Positions 26,270-43,522 of a DNA stretch of 64,000 bases are shown here, one piece after another. The DNA lies in the NCBI GenBank assembly GCA_964016885.1, contig OZ024743.1, forward strand, positions 217,124,001-217,188,000, written 5' to 3'. This DNA comes from Eledone cirrhosa. Taxonomy: Eukaryota. The notes below the pieces were generated by a model. It ran no database searches. It was not told the DNA's origin and saw nothing but the letters and a program-made list of their open reading frames with translations. The first letter of the stretch is position 1, and each line of letters opens with the position of its first letter. The translations under genes and the position numbers were made by a program.

Positions 26270-26381
26270 CAACGCGAAATATAGTGTCTTGCCCAAGGAT
26301 ACAACATATCACCCTCTCCGTGAATGGGACTCACAACTTTACACTTCTGAATTGCAATATCTACCCAGGGAGCTTCGACAC

Positions 26382-26385
<4 letters not shown>
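26270..26385 (-). mobile_element. SINE family 1 fragment
   Basis: GTGTCTTGCCCAAGGATACAAC matches the family-1 core. Confidence 0.55.
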
Positions 26386-26468
<83 letters not shown>

Positions 26469-26725
26469 GGAAAAAATGAAACGAAATTTTATCTCCCACT
26501 CCTAGTACGGCTGCTACTTAAATATAAGTACACGTACATACATATATTTATACAGACGCACAGCAGTATGTATATATATATACATACATGCACACATATA
26601 TATACGTATGTATGGATTCACCGAACACTCATTATAATGCTCGGTGTGTTTGTAAACAAACATCCCGTATTACGCCGTAGTGTCTAGCAACCATCGTTGC
26701 TCGTTTGTTCAACACTGACAAAGGA

Positions 26726-26768
26726 ACGCTGTACTAGTTTCAAGCTTATTACCTATCGCCAGCAACGT
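26726..26768 (-). ncRNA. Hammerhead copy with core mutation (CUGGCGA)
   Basis: Mirror of 26897-26939 with A6>G and a stem II mismatch. Probably inactive. Confidence 0.6.
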
Positions 26769-26896
26769 ATACCTTCATGCCAGATTGTTGCACCCGGCCG
26801 ATTAACCCACTGGTTATGCAAATTGGGCTACTCAGCCGTTAATATGCATAAGGAAAGTATATGCTTTCAGACGTTCAAAATCTGGCATGAAGGTAT

Positions 26897-26939
26897 ACGT
26901 TGCTGACGATAGCTAATAAGCTTGAAACTAGTACAGCGT
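26897..26939 (+). ncRNA. Minimal type I hammerhead ribozyme (family A)
   Basis: ACGTTG CTGACGA tAGC-taataa-GCTt GAAA CTAG TA CAGCGT. Helix III region is the palindrome ACTAGT, GUA site. Confidence 0.8.
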
Positions 26940-27142
26940 TCCTTTGTCAATGTTGAACAAACGAGCAACGATGGTTGCTAGACACTACGGCTTAATACGG
27001 GATGTTTGTTTACAAACACACCGAGCATTATAATGAGTGTTCGGTGAATACATACGTACATATATATATATGTGTGCATGTATGTAAATATATATACATA
27101 CTGCTGTGCGTCTGTATACATATATGCATGTACGTGTACATA

Positions 27143-27195
<53 letters not shown>

Positions 27196-27294
27196 GAATA
27201 TATAAATATATACATATGTGGATGTGTGTGTGTGTGAGTGTCCGTTTGTGCCTATCGCGTGTGCATTTAGATACATACACATATATGTATGGAT

Positions 27295-27384
<90 letters not shown>

Positions 27385-28485
27385 CACATGTGTGTATTTA
27401 TGTATGTATATATGCCAGCACATGTCACAAATACCTACACATAAACGAATGTGTACTAAAATGGTAAGTTCTTCTGAATGACGAGTCCAAGAATAAACAT
27501 TTTTAAATATACGTAATTTAGTTCAACTCTTTACAAATTTATTCTTACAATATTGGCCGAAAAGAAATCCTTGTAATTGTATTCATGACCTGCTTGAATG
27601 ATGAAGAGAAGTACATAAATATATCTCAAATATAACATACACATATTCGTATGTTTAAATGTATTTGAGGGTACCAACATATTTCACTAAGCATAGAATT
27701 TCCCTTCAGAATTTGAAAACAGTACTTAGCACATAGCAGCCCATCGTAATATAGCAATTATTCAAATATCATGCTGCTCAGTTGCATCAATTTTCAAATA
27801 TAATCCTATGTAAATTTTAACAGGAAAAGCAGCATTAAGATACGATCATTTTATCAAAAATGACAACGCAGTTTCTGTGTAGGTATGCTAATGTATGTAA
27901 TTTCAATCTTGAGAATTAGTTTCACTTTAATCACTTGGTCAATTTCTACTAGAAAATTTTACTATCACCGTACGGTGTTAAATGTACCGTAGTAATTGCA
28001 TTAGCTTCACAGTAAATTCTTCTTTTTACAACTTCAGTTACGGCGATATACAAGAGAAAATATTTACGCCCATTTGCACACTTACAGAATTTACTAGTTG
28101 CAGTTAGCGAGATTTTATTGCTACATAAAACACTGAAAAGAGGTCTAATAGTGGATGTGTGTACCGGAATTTAGAGCAATAAGGAAAAGCCTTTGGCTCA
28201 CCAAATAAGAAAATCCGTTGTTTGAATTATACGTTAACACATTTTTGTGTTACGTTTAGCAACAAATTGCTCGTTAAGTGAGCATGGTAAATTTTCAATT
28301 CACCTAAATCGAAATGAAGACACATGCATATATATAATATGTTCACGAATAAAAGAATAATTGTTGCCAGAATATATAAATATATATATATACACACATG
28401 CACACATATATATACAGACACTCACATAAATATATAAATATATATACACACAGACACATACACAGACAGACAGACACATACACAC

Positions 28486-28562
<77 letters not shown>

Positions 28563-28682
28563 AGAAGTTGTTTTCATAAAAACAGGAGTAAGCAGGAGAA
28601 AGCCCGCTACCTTCGTAGTGTGTAGTTACGATGGAGATTCGGTATAAGAATAACATTAAGAAAAATGCTGATGTTACATAAG

Positions 28683-28728
<46 letters not shown>

Positions 28729-28741
28729 TATATAGATATAT

Positions 28742-28793
<52 letters not shown>

Positions 28794-29444
28794 AGAGAGT
28801 ATGTGTATGTGTGTGATCGTACATAGCTGTTTAGTTATATTTTGAAAATTGTTCATCCATACGAAATCATTTTCAATTATTTTCTTATACCAGATACACT
28901 CGTATAATGAAGGAGATTTGTTCCGCTGACATGCTATTGACTCTATTTAACCTTAAATTTTAAGTATACATCATCAAAATTTTATTTTTACCTCTGATAC
29001 ATCTGGCTTTGAAATAAGTAATCTAAATTTCCCTGATGAATACCTTCAATTACACCCATATATTTGATGGCACAACTATTTTCTGTTATAAAATAAATAA
29101 ATAAAATTAGAAACAAATTTGCCCCCCAATCCACCCCCAAGAAAACAGCTTTCTCCAAATAATACTATGCATACATGTTACATGTGTACGACTTGATCCC
29201 CAACGACCTGATGATGCATTCTTATGTTCATTATCTACAAAGCAACGACTGCGCACTCACATCACAACAAAGTAAAATACACGTATGAGCGTTGACAAAT
29301 TTAGGACAGCTTATTACTTTGTCAGTATGGATAAATCGTCAGACAATATGCTTTGTGGCATAGAGTTGCGACATTTTACTTTCTGTGTTCAAATCCCGCC
29401 AATCCGCCAAATCCACCATTTCTGATTAGACTTTTGCTCCCCCC

Positions 29445-29520
<76 letters not shown>

Positions 29521-29681
29521 ATTTATATTTTTCTTATTATATATACTTTACCATATATACTTTTCCATGACATCATAGATTTTGAAACTTCGCTCTTTCT
29601 CTGCAGAGAGGCAATAAGTCTTTTTATATTCCTAACGGTATGTTATCAATACCCATTATGAACTAACTGGCATTTATAGTA

Positions 29682-29720
<39 letters not shown>

Positions 29721-31165
29721 CCCCCCCCCCCCCCACACACACACGTGTGCACACTCACCCATATATACGCGTTAACACCTACACAGAGAAGTACATGCGC
29801 GTTAACAGACACTCTTCTGCACATACACACAGATATAAGTATATATTTAAACTACATATTGTCTTCCAACTTTCAGTAACACGTTATCATTTACTTCACT
29901 AATTTCATTTTCTTATGCACCTAGTTTTGTAATTGCTTTCAGAAGTCGACAGACTGTCGAAAATTATTCACTAGACAAATCATTATACAATTTCAGCCCA
30001 TATTATCGTATAAAATCTATTAGAAAGAAATGCTCTTACACTTTTTTTAGCATATACTAATGGATTTGGGGGCATTTATTAATCCGTGTACTTCATTCTT
30101 TCTTTTTTTATCTACCTTTTAATCTAATCTCCTTCCGTCATTCCACTCTTTCCTCGAATAATTTGATGTTGATTTAATCATTAGACAGCTGAAAATTTTG
30201 ATCAAATGATAAAACTTCCCTTGTTCGTTGGAAAAAATATTGGTTTAAATTTCATTTCTATTCAGGAAATATATTCAACTGACGCTGAAGGTAGCATTTT
30301 ATGTTTAAATTGACTAAGATACGTTTATCCATTTCCTTAAACCAGGATTCTATTCAAAATCTCAGCAAAGGAACATTACAAGTCTAACAAAATACAAATA
30401 CACCTAAAGCAAAAAGCATTGTCTAATTTACTGTTTATTTACTCGGTCTGTTTTGACATCCGTAATACAATAAAGAGAAAATAGAATTATGGAAGATGAA
30501 TAAGACTGGGTGTATGGCGAAAACGACAGTACTTTAGGAAATCAAACCTATTGTCCGTCATTTAAGGGTCAATACATACCCATTCAGTCATTAATTTTAA
30601 TTAGATATGACAATTAAAGTTACACATTACTTCCGGGAATAAACGTAACACCTGCTGCAGGATATAACTTCAAGATCAGGGAGAAGTTTAGAGTTAATAA
30701 TGGTATGGCAGCTTTCGAGGAGAGAATATAGAATATATATGATTCATTAATTGGATTTATTCCACTGGCATTGTTAGTGATCGCAAACAGGTACTTTAAA
30801 CTATAAATTATATCTCTATTTCTCTTGTTTATTATTTACATACGAAATAACGCTTGTAATAGATATAAGTTCAAATAACCATTATCTATTTGATGTAAAT
30901 TGTTTATTATAAATATACAATTAAATAGTACAAGCAAAGTGAACTTTTATGGCTAATGCTTTTGTACATGAAAACATTTATAGATGGTCATAAAGCGATT
31001 GCAGTTTATATTGAAATCATATATATGATAGGTAATCTGAGTGGCATATGGTAAATCTTAGCTTAATTAAAAATATTCGTCATTTAATAGAGATATATTT
31101 CATTTTCCATTATATTCTGCTTGTCGCTCCAAACATATCTATCTATGTGGGTAGCTAGCTACACA

Positions 31166-31805
<640 letters not shown>

Positions 31806-32599
31806 TCAGACACCTTGATTGATTATGGCTATGAAATGACATCAGCTCAAGTCTAGCGCGTGCTGCGAACGAATGTGTCTTTTTAGAACTGCTAGTGAAT
31901 TAAAGTGCTTTGCAGAGAGTTGGCAGGTATGCAACGCTCACAACATAAACTCAATAGCATCATGAGGCTCAATATGCATTTTAATGTGCTTTTTTGGCGA
32001 TTGCATGACCTGCATTATTTGATAAAGGTATTGCATGTTGCTTTTCCGGCCTTGCAATTTGGTAATTGACAGGAGTTCGACAGAACAGTCTGCGAAGATA
32101 TATTTTATTAGCAGCCGAGTTGAAGCAAAATCTGTTACAGATTTTTCATGTTAAATTATCAGCAATTTGTTGTGGTACAACGGCAGTAAGTTGCTTTCTG
32201 ACATATCTTTTAAACTCCCCATGATATGTAATAAATTATTGATAAGTATTTCAGATAGCCAGTATTATGCAGTAGGAGTATGTAAAGAGTAAATGATGTC
32301 AAATAAAACCAACTAATCATGTTCTTTTTTTTAATCAGTATATTTCAATAAATTATTTCAGGGTCAATACCCTATTTTCAAATGCAAAACAAGAATGAAT
32401 AATGTTTTCTTCCTTAAACATTCCAATATTCTGGATTGTGCTCGCTTGGAGCAGTCATAGATGCCACTCTGCTCTAACTAGGCTTGATCTATTGTTTATT
32501 TGTGACTTCTGTGTGTTGCTAATTAACGCCTTTTTAATTATTAAACTCCACACATTCCAGAGAGTTCTCACCGACCACGCGCACCCAATCTTTCTCAAC

Positions 32600-32960
32600 A
32601 AACGCCAAAATACCATGCAATCACCTAAAAACAAGGTGGATACGCGTCAATAGTGATATCATATACTGCCTAAAGCTGCCACTTTTCAATGAGAAATGGT
32701 CATTGCCATACAACAAGCCATCTATAGGTAGGACCTGAATATACAGCTGCCCTAATCGGAACCTTCCTTGAGCAGACTAGTCTGCATTCAATGATATATG
32801 CACCCTTTACAACAAAATTTAGACAATGTAGCTCCACGTACATGGGAAGTACCATTCGAATGCTGCACACACAGATCAAGGAGCATATGACGTCGAGAGC
32901 TTCGTCTGTCAAATAACAGATTGACAAATACCGCAACCGAGACAATGAGGTCACCATGAA
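32600..32960 (+). pseudogene. Old PLE GIY-YIG endonuclease fragment (different family)
   Basis: CSSTYMGSTIRMLHTQIKEHMTSRASSV matches the C..YIG.T.R.L..RI.EH motif. Heavily disrupted. Confidence 0.65.
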
Positions 32961-33331
32961 AGAGATGGAAAGAAATGAGGGAAATTAAAATAAATAAAGG
33001 GTTTTAATCATCCACACACAGAATAAACTATAGATTGGAATCACATGAAGCAGATTGGCTTCTATGACTGCTGCTCCAAGCATGTGTGATCCAATAACTT
33101 CGTCCATTTAAGGAGAAAAGAGCCTTCGATTTTGATTTATATTCGAAAGGAGGGTATTGACTCTAATCTACTTTGTTGAAATATACTTAATAAAAGAAAG
33201 GAAAATATTAATTTGTTTTGTTTTATGTGCCATCGTTTGGCCTTTATACATATCTACAGTATTTTTATTGGTTTTCTGAAATATTTATCAATTATTCTCT
33301 ACATATGTCATAATGCTTCATATTACATATA

Positions 33332-33426
<95 letters not shown>

Positions 33427-35635
33427 TGTGCGTGCGGATGTGCATGCGTATGTGTGTCTGCTGCTAAATCATTACTGCAGGATTCATTATAAAACGGGAG
33501 AGTTGAATATGTATGTCATTGTACATGCGATATGTGGGAGTCAGTGGAAAATATGTTGAACTACGAATGAGATATTAGTCTCAGTTTATAATTCCAGTCA
33601 CAAGACAAACTACATGGTGATACCTATATCACCATATTAAACCTACTCTGATACCTATGATTTATCGGCTCTCTAAGATGAAATGCTAAAGTATGATTCA
33701 TTCGAAAAGTATTAGTAATGTTATTATAGTAACATTAATTTCGAATTATATAACATTTAATCTAATTAATCTGAAATTCCAAATAATATAAACATACGTA
33801 TATGGTATTAAAACAGAATGTGTATATTTAAAAGTATATAGCCTAAACAAAGATAAAACATGAGGAAACACGCATGTCCCTTTGTAAATGTATATACAGA
33901 TAAACACTTTGTTTATATTCCAGTCATTTCTAAGACCATTACAAATAAGATTGCCACCTAATGTACATATAAAGAATTAAAAACCAGAATATTTTACTAA
34001 GTGATATTATAGATATAGGGCGGGTATGTTTGTCGAACGAGTGTCAACATAATGTCTTCCTCTATTGTCAGTAAAATGTAATGTTTATTGTTATTTAGTA
34101 GTAATGAGTTCTGATTGAGTAGACTTATAACCACAAACACTCCATCTCTTATTTATATCTAGCGCTTCCTTATCAAATAACCCATTTTTTTAAAGATGTT
34201 AGCGCAGGGTTTGAAATTATATGAATTATATTGCAAGCAAATCAAAGGGGCAGAGTGAAAATCCTTTGTTTGACTCATAAACATGTACAAAAAATCATGT
34301 TGATATTAGTTACAAAATTATAACAAAAATATAGACATATATATTTCTAACAAAATGTGTCCTAGATACGATGCACGAAAAAAATCGTGACTATTAAATT
34401 GCAATTTATAGAATATGCCTCAATATTTCCCCGGGTTTGTTGACCTTTAGTAAAAACAATTTAATGGATATTTATTGAAAACGCATTGACATTTATGTTT
34501 CCATAAGTATAATTATATTTGTATTTTGCTTCGACTTGTCAAATTAAAAGATATATATATTTTTTTATTTACCCACAAAGAAATAATGTAAAAACATTAA
34601 TTAACATTCTGAATTTTCTAAAAAATAAGAGTCATGTAGCAAACTATGTTCATATTTAATATTCGTGTTCCCCATCACCATATCCTCACTTTCTTCTGAT
34701 TGTTTTTTGCTTGTAGCTGTTCATGTTCCTGATTAAGTTGTTGTTATTACTTGCAGTATTTAGATTTTTCTTTAACTTAAAGTCTTGTTATTGATTGCTC
34801 TGTGCCTGTTAAAAGGTTGCACGTTTTAATTAGCTCTCTTCCGTTCTGCTATATAAGGTCGATGTAACCGGACATGCATATTAACCTTCAACTTCAGAGG
34901 AAATTAAGCTAATGCAATTTTAATATGTGTCATGGCATCGGGGGTTATTTTTATCCTATGTTGTCATTCGTGTTCCCTAAAATGAAGCTTAGATCATTAA
35001 TGTTATCGCTGCCACAAATGAATTTATCTAACCTAGAGCTATAGTATAATGTGTATTTTCTTAAATATAGATTGAAGCATGGTTTTAAATTATTCGTACA
35101 GTAAAATATGATCCAATTGCCTGTGGAGTTTACCGTTGCCTACTAGCTTTATATAGTGCACATGGGAAACCCAATGGTGTTTCTACACCGACTGTTTGTT
35201 GTTAAGATAAAATACTATTAAGGATAGGTGTTCATTCTCTCTGGTTATTAATTCCAAGATCTCAGCTGGGGCAAAAAAGAAATTAGTGTGTTGAAGCGAC
35301 AGTATATTCTCACCTGAAATCTTGAGTTCTGTGCATGCAATGGCATACAAATAGTTTAATTTTAACATAATTATGAGAGTAATAAAATATCAAAAGATTT
35401 ATCACTGAAATTTCAAATATGGAACGTGGATAATCACATTAGATATTGCATTTATTTGAGATAGGACTTTGAAATAATACCATTATCAGATCCAAAATAT
35501 CGGATTGGGATTTATTGTGTTGTATTTGCATAACAAAGTATAGATAATGTTGATTCTGTTTATTTCATATTAATTTAATAAAAACAAAGTAGGCCTTCAC
35601 GTAACATGCATAACAATTAGTGGAACTACACTTCA

Positions 35636-35665
35636 ACTAGTGGAGCTACAACTAGTGGAGCTACA
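35636..35665. repeat. Short tandem repeat (ACTAGTGGAGCTACA x2, degenerate third copy at ~35617)
   Basis: Direct observation. Confidence 0.8.
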
Positions 35666-36517
35666 TTCACTAAGAACTCATTACAAAAAGAACCAATATC
35701 ATACAGAATGATTGAATAGATATGGTGTTGGTTACATTCTTAAAAACAAAATATTGAATCCAATATAATAGTGCGAAATTTGAAGTAATGCTGTGTTATA
35801 CCTTTAGGAAAAAATTGTGTACGTTTGGCGTTTGAATTATACAAAACTCCAATGAAAAATGATCATGATGTTTGTTGTTTATATATATATATATATATAT
35901 ATATATTCATGTATGAGAAGAAGGATAAAGTTAGAAAACCAATCCAAATTTGAGTTGCGGTTCATGAAGGAGGGTGAAAATACGAAAGTTGAGAGTTGCC
36001 AAACAGCTATGTCAGAAATAAATAGAAAGAGGACCAAATTAAAGATCATTTCCTTCAATTTTCTTCAAATCTTCAGTGACTAACCCTACTAATAGTGACG
36101 AAAAAGCGTAACCTTCCCTTTAAATTGGAACTCAATAGTTTTCTCTCCGTCCTGTATTCATTTTACACCAGTTTTTGCACTTAACGTTGTTAAAACTATT
36201 TGGCTGTTATTCTACTACCTTCGTTTAATTTATCCTTTCGCAGACAAAATTCCTAATATGCTAATATACCTTTATAAATTCATTGCCATAGCTCTAGAAA
36301 AATTCTGCAATGTTGATATTATTCGATACTCGTTTAGCTCTACAAGATATTTAACATCTTGTATGGGATCTATACAAATTTACTCAAATGAACTAGATAA
36401 TTTTATTAGTGGTGAAGAGCTCTCAAATTCATTCGTCCAAGCTTTTATGAAAAGGAAAAACAAAATCCCATGTACGCATACACGCTTACACACATACGAG
36501 ATCTAACGCATATGGTG

Positions 36518-36574
<57 letters not shown>

Positions 36575-37483
36575 TCTCTCTCTCTTTTTTCTCCCCCCTC
36601 CCCTTATCTCCCCCTCCCCTTCTATCTCTCTCTCTTGTTTTCTGAAATACGCATTGAGAACGAATTACACAAGGCAGTAGTCATTCAAATTTGATGACTT
36701 TGATCTTCATATATTTGCTGTGATTGCATTTTTAAAGTATCGAGCTCCATGCTGTCATAGCGGATATTTTGAAATCAATTAAAATACCTCTTTAATTCTT
36801 CAATAGAAATATGCTGACATTGTCTCTTGATTCCACAGCAGCACAATTTAAAAAAAAAGACTTTAAAGTTATATTTTTCCTCAGAAGTCATCATAAAATA
36901 TGCCCTAAGTCATCAATCCTACCCTTAATTTCCATTCTGCAGTCATATCTCTACTCTCAATATTAAAGAATCTTTCTTACAGACCACATCTTTCCCTGTG
37001 ATCAAAACATTAATTCCGCCTTCCAGTTCCCTATCAACAATCAATCATAATCTTTATATCACGATTCTTCCCTTTAAATCCCAACACTTGATACTCTAAT
37101 TTCATAGCCTCTTGAAATAACATCGACAAATTTTAATACAAAACTGTCATAATGTCGATCAAATTATTTTCTAATTAGAACACAACTTTTTTGAGATATC
37201 AGTTGCTCAATCTGCTATAAATAGCAACTCATTCTCCCCTAAATCAAATGCTCCGGATTCAACACGTCTGACTGAATAAGAACCCTTAATATATTCGTTG
37301 GAACATAGCATAAACATTAATAGAGATACATTTATTATGGCTTAATATCAATCTGATATTGCCTCTTTGTCGATAACACAGAATGGGATCTTTTGCATTT
37401 TACTCGTTTTAATCTGTATTTATTTCGTCATTTTTGTATATGTACAATAAACACTAAAGTGAAAATGTCATAGAGTAAAAAAT

Positions 37484-37540
37484 ATAATTTCAAGTAATAC
37501 ATAATTTCAAGTAATACATAATTCAAGTAATACATAATTT
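37484..37540. repeat. 17-bp tandem repeat (ATAATTTCAAGTAATAC x3)
   Basis: Direct observation. Confidence 0.85.
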
Positions 37541-38723
37541 GTTACAGTCTAATCCTAGAATCATTCCTGAAACAAATATAAAGGATGTTGCGCTCACCCC
37601 ATTCACCCCAAATCTCAGAATAATTCATGAAAGAAAAACCAGAGAAATATATTCATTTTATTTAATCTAGCGATAAGAGTTTGAAAATATGTTGCTACGG
37701 CTTTCTATAAAGTAACATGTTTGCAACATAGTTGAACATTTATAGATCTATAAAAGGTGAGCACTGATATATTTTTCTATCTTTCTTACTTAGGAGATGA
37801 AATATTGAATCACACATTTACTTCTAAGAATATATCCATTGAAAGAGACGATAGCTTCATGGGGATTATGTTCTTTCAGTGTTGTCAGTGTAAAAGAGAA
37901 TAAGTACAAGCTTGTCAAAGATAGAATTCTTTACAGTATATACTTCAAAAGTATTAATAATGATTATCACACCCAGCGTTCTTGTCATTCGGTATCTAGT
38001 TCAACTTACATTTAGATAATTTATTTAACGAAACCGCAATTATAAACAAGGAATTCCTAATAGTGGCGAACTACAAGAGTGTTTCTTTGTAATTTGATGC
38101 AGATATATGTCGTTCAAGAAATGTTTTGTTTTTTTAATCTATTTTGTCTCTGGTGTTTACATGAACCCAAACACACACCCGTACATACACACACACACGG
38201 ACATATATAAACTTAAAAATATATATGCATCACATATAAATTGTGATTTATTCAAGCAGTTAAGTTAAATAAGTCGCTGAAGGCTAAACCAGAAGTCATA
38301 GCTTTTACGATGTACACAGATGTACACGAAGTACAACAAGTATTGATTCATATCATCAGTAATTGGTAGTCGATACTCAAAAATATTATATTCTAACAGC
38401 ATCAAAATTAACAGTATTTCTAAGAGATCCCCAACCACTTAGAAAGCAACATCTAAAGTTTCTTTTTGAATAGTAACAACAGTTAACAATAGTATGGTAT
38501 CTTATGATAACTAATAATATAATAAATATGCATATTCATATATTAAGTATATGTTCATATAATTATATATGGAAAAGTAAGGTTTTACATTATATCCAAC
38601 AAGGGTACAGGTATAGGAAATAGAATATGAAAATGCAATTTAAGTCTTTAAGAATGTATATTTACAAAAATGTACAATTTATAGAAATTATAAATAATTG
38701 AAAATTAACCTTGCATTTTCAAG

Positions 38724-38817
<94 letters not shown>

Positions 38818-38819
<2 letters not shown>

Positions 38820-39063
38820 TCTAAAGTCTGTCAGACGGCGTAGTGGCATGTAGCGACTGAAATTAAAAAACTACACCCCTGGACAGGACGGCAGTCCATC
38901 TCAGAGTAAACCCCCAGCTGTTGCTGGTACTCATTTTCAGCTGAGTATACTGGCGCAACGTGAAATGAAGTGTTTTCCTCAAGAATACAACACGTAACCC
39001 AGGAATCGAACCCATAACATTATGATCGTAAGTCCGACACCGTTACCAATAGGCTAATTGCCT
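38818..39063 (-). mobile_element. tRNA-derived SINE (family 1), near full length
   Basis: Minus strand has an A box (TAGCCTATTGG), a B box (GGTTCGATTCC), then TTCTTGAGGAAAACAC..CTCAGCTGAAAATGAGTACC and a tail ending in CTTTAGACTT. Confidence 0.8.
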
Positions 39064-39085
39064 ATACACACACACAAACACACAC

Positions 39086-39929
<844 letters not shown>

Positions 39930-40522
39930 ATATGCTTGTTGGAAAATGAAAAAAAACAAATAATCAACCTCATGAGATTTCTAAGCCTGCATCGAACCCT
40001 TCAAATACGAATGTCCGAAAAGCAATTGTATCTAATTTGTTGAATCAATTACAGTTAATGTGAAAGCGAATCTCAGATGCAAAATGTTTTGACGTGTTCA
40101 GAGACTGAAATCTGCATTGATAGGGCAACATAATGTCTTATTTTTATTCGAATCCTTGATTCATTTGTGTGGTTTCACACTTCCTGACTAGCCCTATTAC
40201 TGTTTTCAATTACTAACACCATACATTTTCTCCTGTCAAAAACATATAGTATGTGACATGCCACTGTTAGCTTTATCATTTGACTTTAGTTTCTTATATT
40301 TTGAATTCTTCTCATCATGTGTCTATAACGGAAGTCTAGCCGTATTTCTTAATGTTCTTGCAACATATGTGTATATGCGTCATGGATTTATGAAATATAA
40401 TATACTCTGTTTAAGACTATAAAAATACAAGCACATGGAAACATATACAATGACGAATTCATTTATTTATACTTTATTGATCGTTATGTATACATTATAT
40501 GTTGAAAATCTCGCAATCTGCG

Positions 40523-40587
<65 letters not shown>

Positions 40588-40600
40588 CTCTCTCTCTCCC

Positions 40601-40649
<49 letters not shown>

Positions 40650-42123
40650 TCTCTCTCTCCTCTGCCCCTCTCTCCCTCTCTCCTTATTTATTTATTTCCT
40701 TGAAATTCCCCCAAAGTTGTGCTCCATTGATCTCGTTCTGGCTTTTCTTTTCTCTTTTCTCTCTCTTTCTCTCTCTGTACACCTCTCATTTCTCATCTGA
40801 TGCAATATGTGTTTACACATTAACCCTAATTATTTCTATACATATAGAAATCAGTTGTTTACAGCTACATTTTCCTACAATTTTATGATAATTCATATAT
40901 ATATAATAGGAATTTACAGATCAATGCACTTCTGTAATGCCATCGAATATTTCGATCCTGTCGTTCACAGAACTTGCCAAAAAATAGCAGGTGTGAAGAC
41001 TAAAATTACACCAAACTCAATACAATACAGCCCTGAACGATAATACTGAAGTTGTACATATGAGGGAGACGAAAGTCAACATATAATGTTAAAAAACTTT
41101 CAACAAAGATAAATAAGCAAAGGAATCAAAGAACTTTCTTGTTAATATGAAATATAATTATATATTCTCATCTTTTCCTTCATCGTTATATTACGTCGTG
41201 GTTTTATCCCTCACTTTTTGTATTACTCTCCTTTGTTTATCATGGTTTTTAACCTTGTTCTCTCTATAACGTCAACTTAGTTTCCATACTGACTTGAATC
41301 TACGCGTCCCTCTGCCTTAACGTTTCTAGTTGTAGACGTGCCTCTCATTATATTAGTATGCCATCATATTACCGTAACAGTCCCATTTGCATGATATACC
41401 TTACAACTTAATCAAAACTCCATATATTCTCCTGGTGACATGTTAAACTTTTATCATTTTCTTATTAAATTCTGCACAATAATCGTTCTGGCATATAGTA
41501 TTGTCTCAGCAATAGCATCTATCACGTGAGACATTTCTTTTAATTTAGAACTGTGCTAAAAATTCTATAATATGTGTTCGCTCTTGTCTAACATACAGCT
41601 TGCTAAATTAGACCTAAATCATCTAATTTCCTTGAAATCTCGTCACTTGTCACTCAACAGATCCATATATTATTTATCGTTGTCTACATTTAAGAAGAAA
41701 TTACTGCAACACTCCTTCGGTGATTACTCATACTTAACAATACACTATCACGAGAGACATATGCAGCATGATGAGTAATGGGCTGATGCATTTATATCCA
41801 ACGATCAATATATTTTGGTTGTCGCTAAATTTATTCAAAATCAAATCAAACACCTTTGCGGTATGCGCTTTGTCACCTAACACGATATATATCTAGGAGT
41901 AGCACAACAATCAATCATTTACGATATTATTCACATGGTACAGGCGAAAAAAGAGAAAACCCTTTTAATCATATAGTATGTCCTGAGATGAATAAGAAAC
42001 AATGTAGAGTGAAACGTTACAAAAGCAAAATAAAAATGTCAGTTATAAGGTTTTCAGACTTAACCGCAATTTTACATTTTATTATAGAAAACTCTATTTA
42101 TCCAACATTCTATCGTAAAGTCC

Positions 42124-42219
<96 letters not shown>

Positions 42220-42285
42220 TATATGTTTGCATATATATATATGTATATATATATATTTATATACATATACATATATATATATATA

Positions 42286-42592
<307 letters not shown>

Positions 42593-42708
42593 TATATGTT
42601 TGCATATATATATGTATATATACATGTACATGCACACACACATACAAATATATATGTATATATGTATATATGTTTTCATATATATATATGTATACATGTA
42701 TATATGAT

Positions 42709-42744
<36 letters not shown>

Positions 42745-42748
42745 TATG

Positions 42749-42779
<31 letters not shown>

Positions 42780-42780
42780 G

Positions 42781-42845
<65 letters not shown>

Positions 42846-42896
42846 GCATATATGTACACACACACACATACAAATATATATATATATATATATACC

Positions 42897-42972
<76 letters not shown>

Positions 42973-43146
42973 TGTATATACATGTGTGAGTTTCAAAAGA
43001 TCCCGTTAAGGATTAAAGCACCGATTACTTGCTTAAACTTTAATCTGTTATTTTAATAAATACTTTCTCTAGAGTTCTTATATATTTGATATATGTTTAT
43101 CCTCATCAAGCTCTCTTTGTATTTTAGTCTCCACATTTATTATTAT

Positions 43147-43283
<137 letters not shown>

Positions 43284-43327
43284 CATATATATATAGATAT
43301 ATATAGATATTTAATATAGAAGTGAAC

Positions 43328-43433
43328 GAAACACTTCTAGTCCTGTAGATGCCTTTTCTATATTCAAATGTATACTCTGCTATGTATTGAGTACATTACT
43401 TACTGTGGTTGCCCCCAATTGAACCCGGGATAC
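43328..43433 (+). mobile_element. Truncated family B element (3' half of hammerhead + tail)
   Basis: GAAACACTTCTAGTCCTGTAGATGCC..CTCTGCTATGTATTGAGTAC..CCCC matches 16281-16385. Confidence 0.8.
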
Positions 43434-43522
43434 ATATAACTATGTATATATGTGTATATACACATATATATATATATATAGGTATATAAAGTTTTACATA
43501 TACATAAAGTTATAGATATATA

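Larger units (their letters stand above)
26467..27148. mobile_element. Non-coding bipolar hammerhead element, family A (second copy)
   Basis: ~265-bp inverted arms (26523-26786 and 26879-27148), ~55-nt tail on the left, (TA)n flanks. Homologous to 4731-5323. Confidence 0.85.

Noticed and set aside
27419-27463. Candidate exon [14 protein letters not shown] with strong GTAAGT donor, faintly like a furin-type Cys repeat
   Set aside because: The acceptor lacks a pyrimidine tract and there are no partner exons.
35617-37540. Short tandem repeats as CRISPR-like arrays
   Set aside because: No unique spacers and a eukaryotic context. These are simple slippage duplications.
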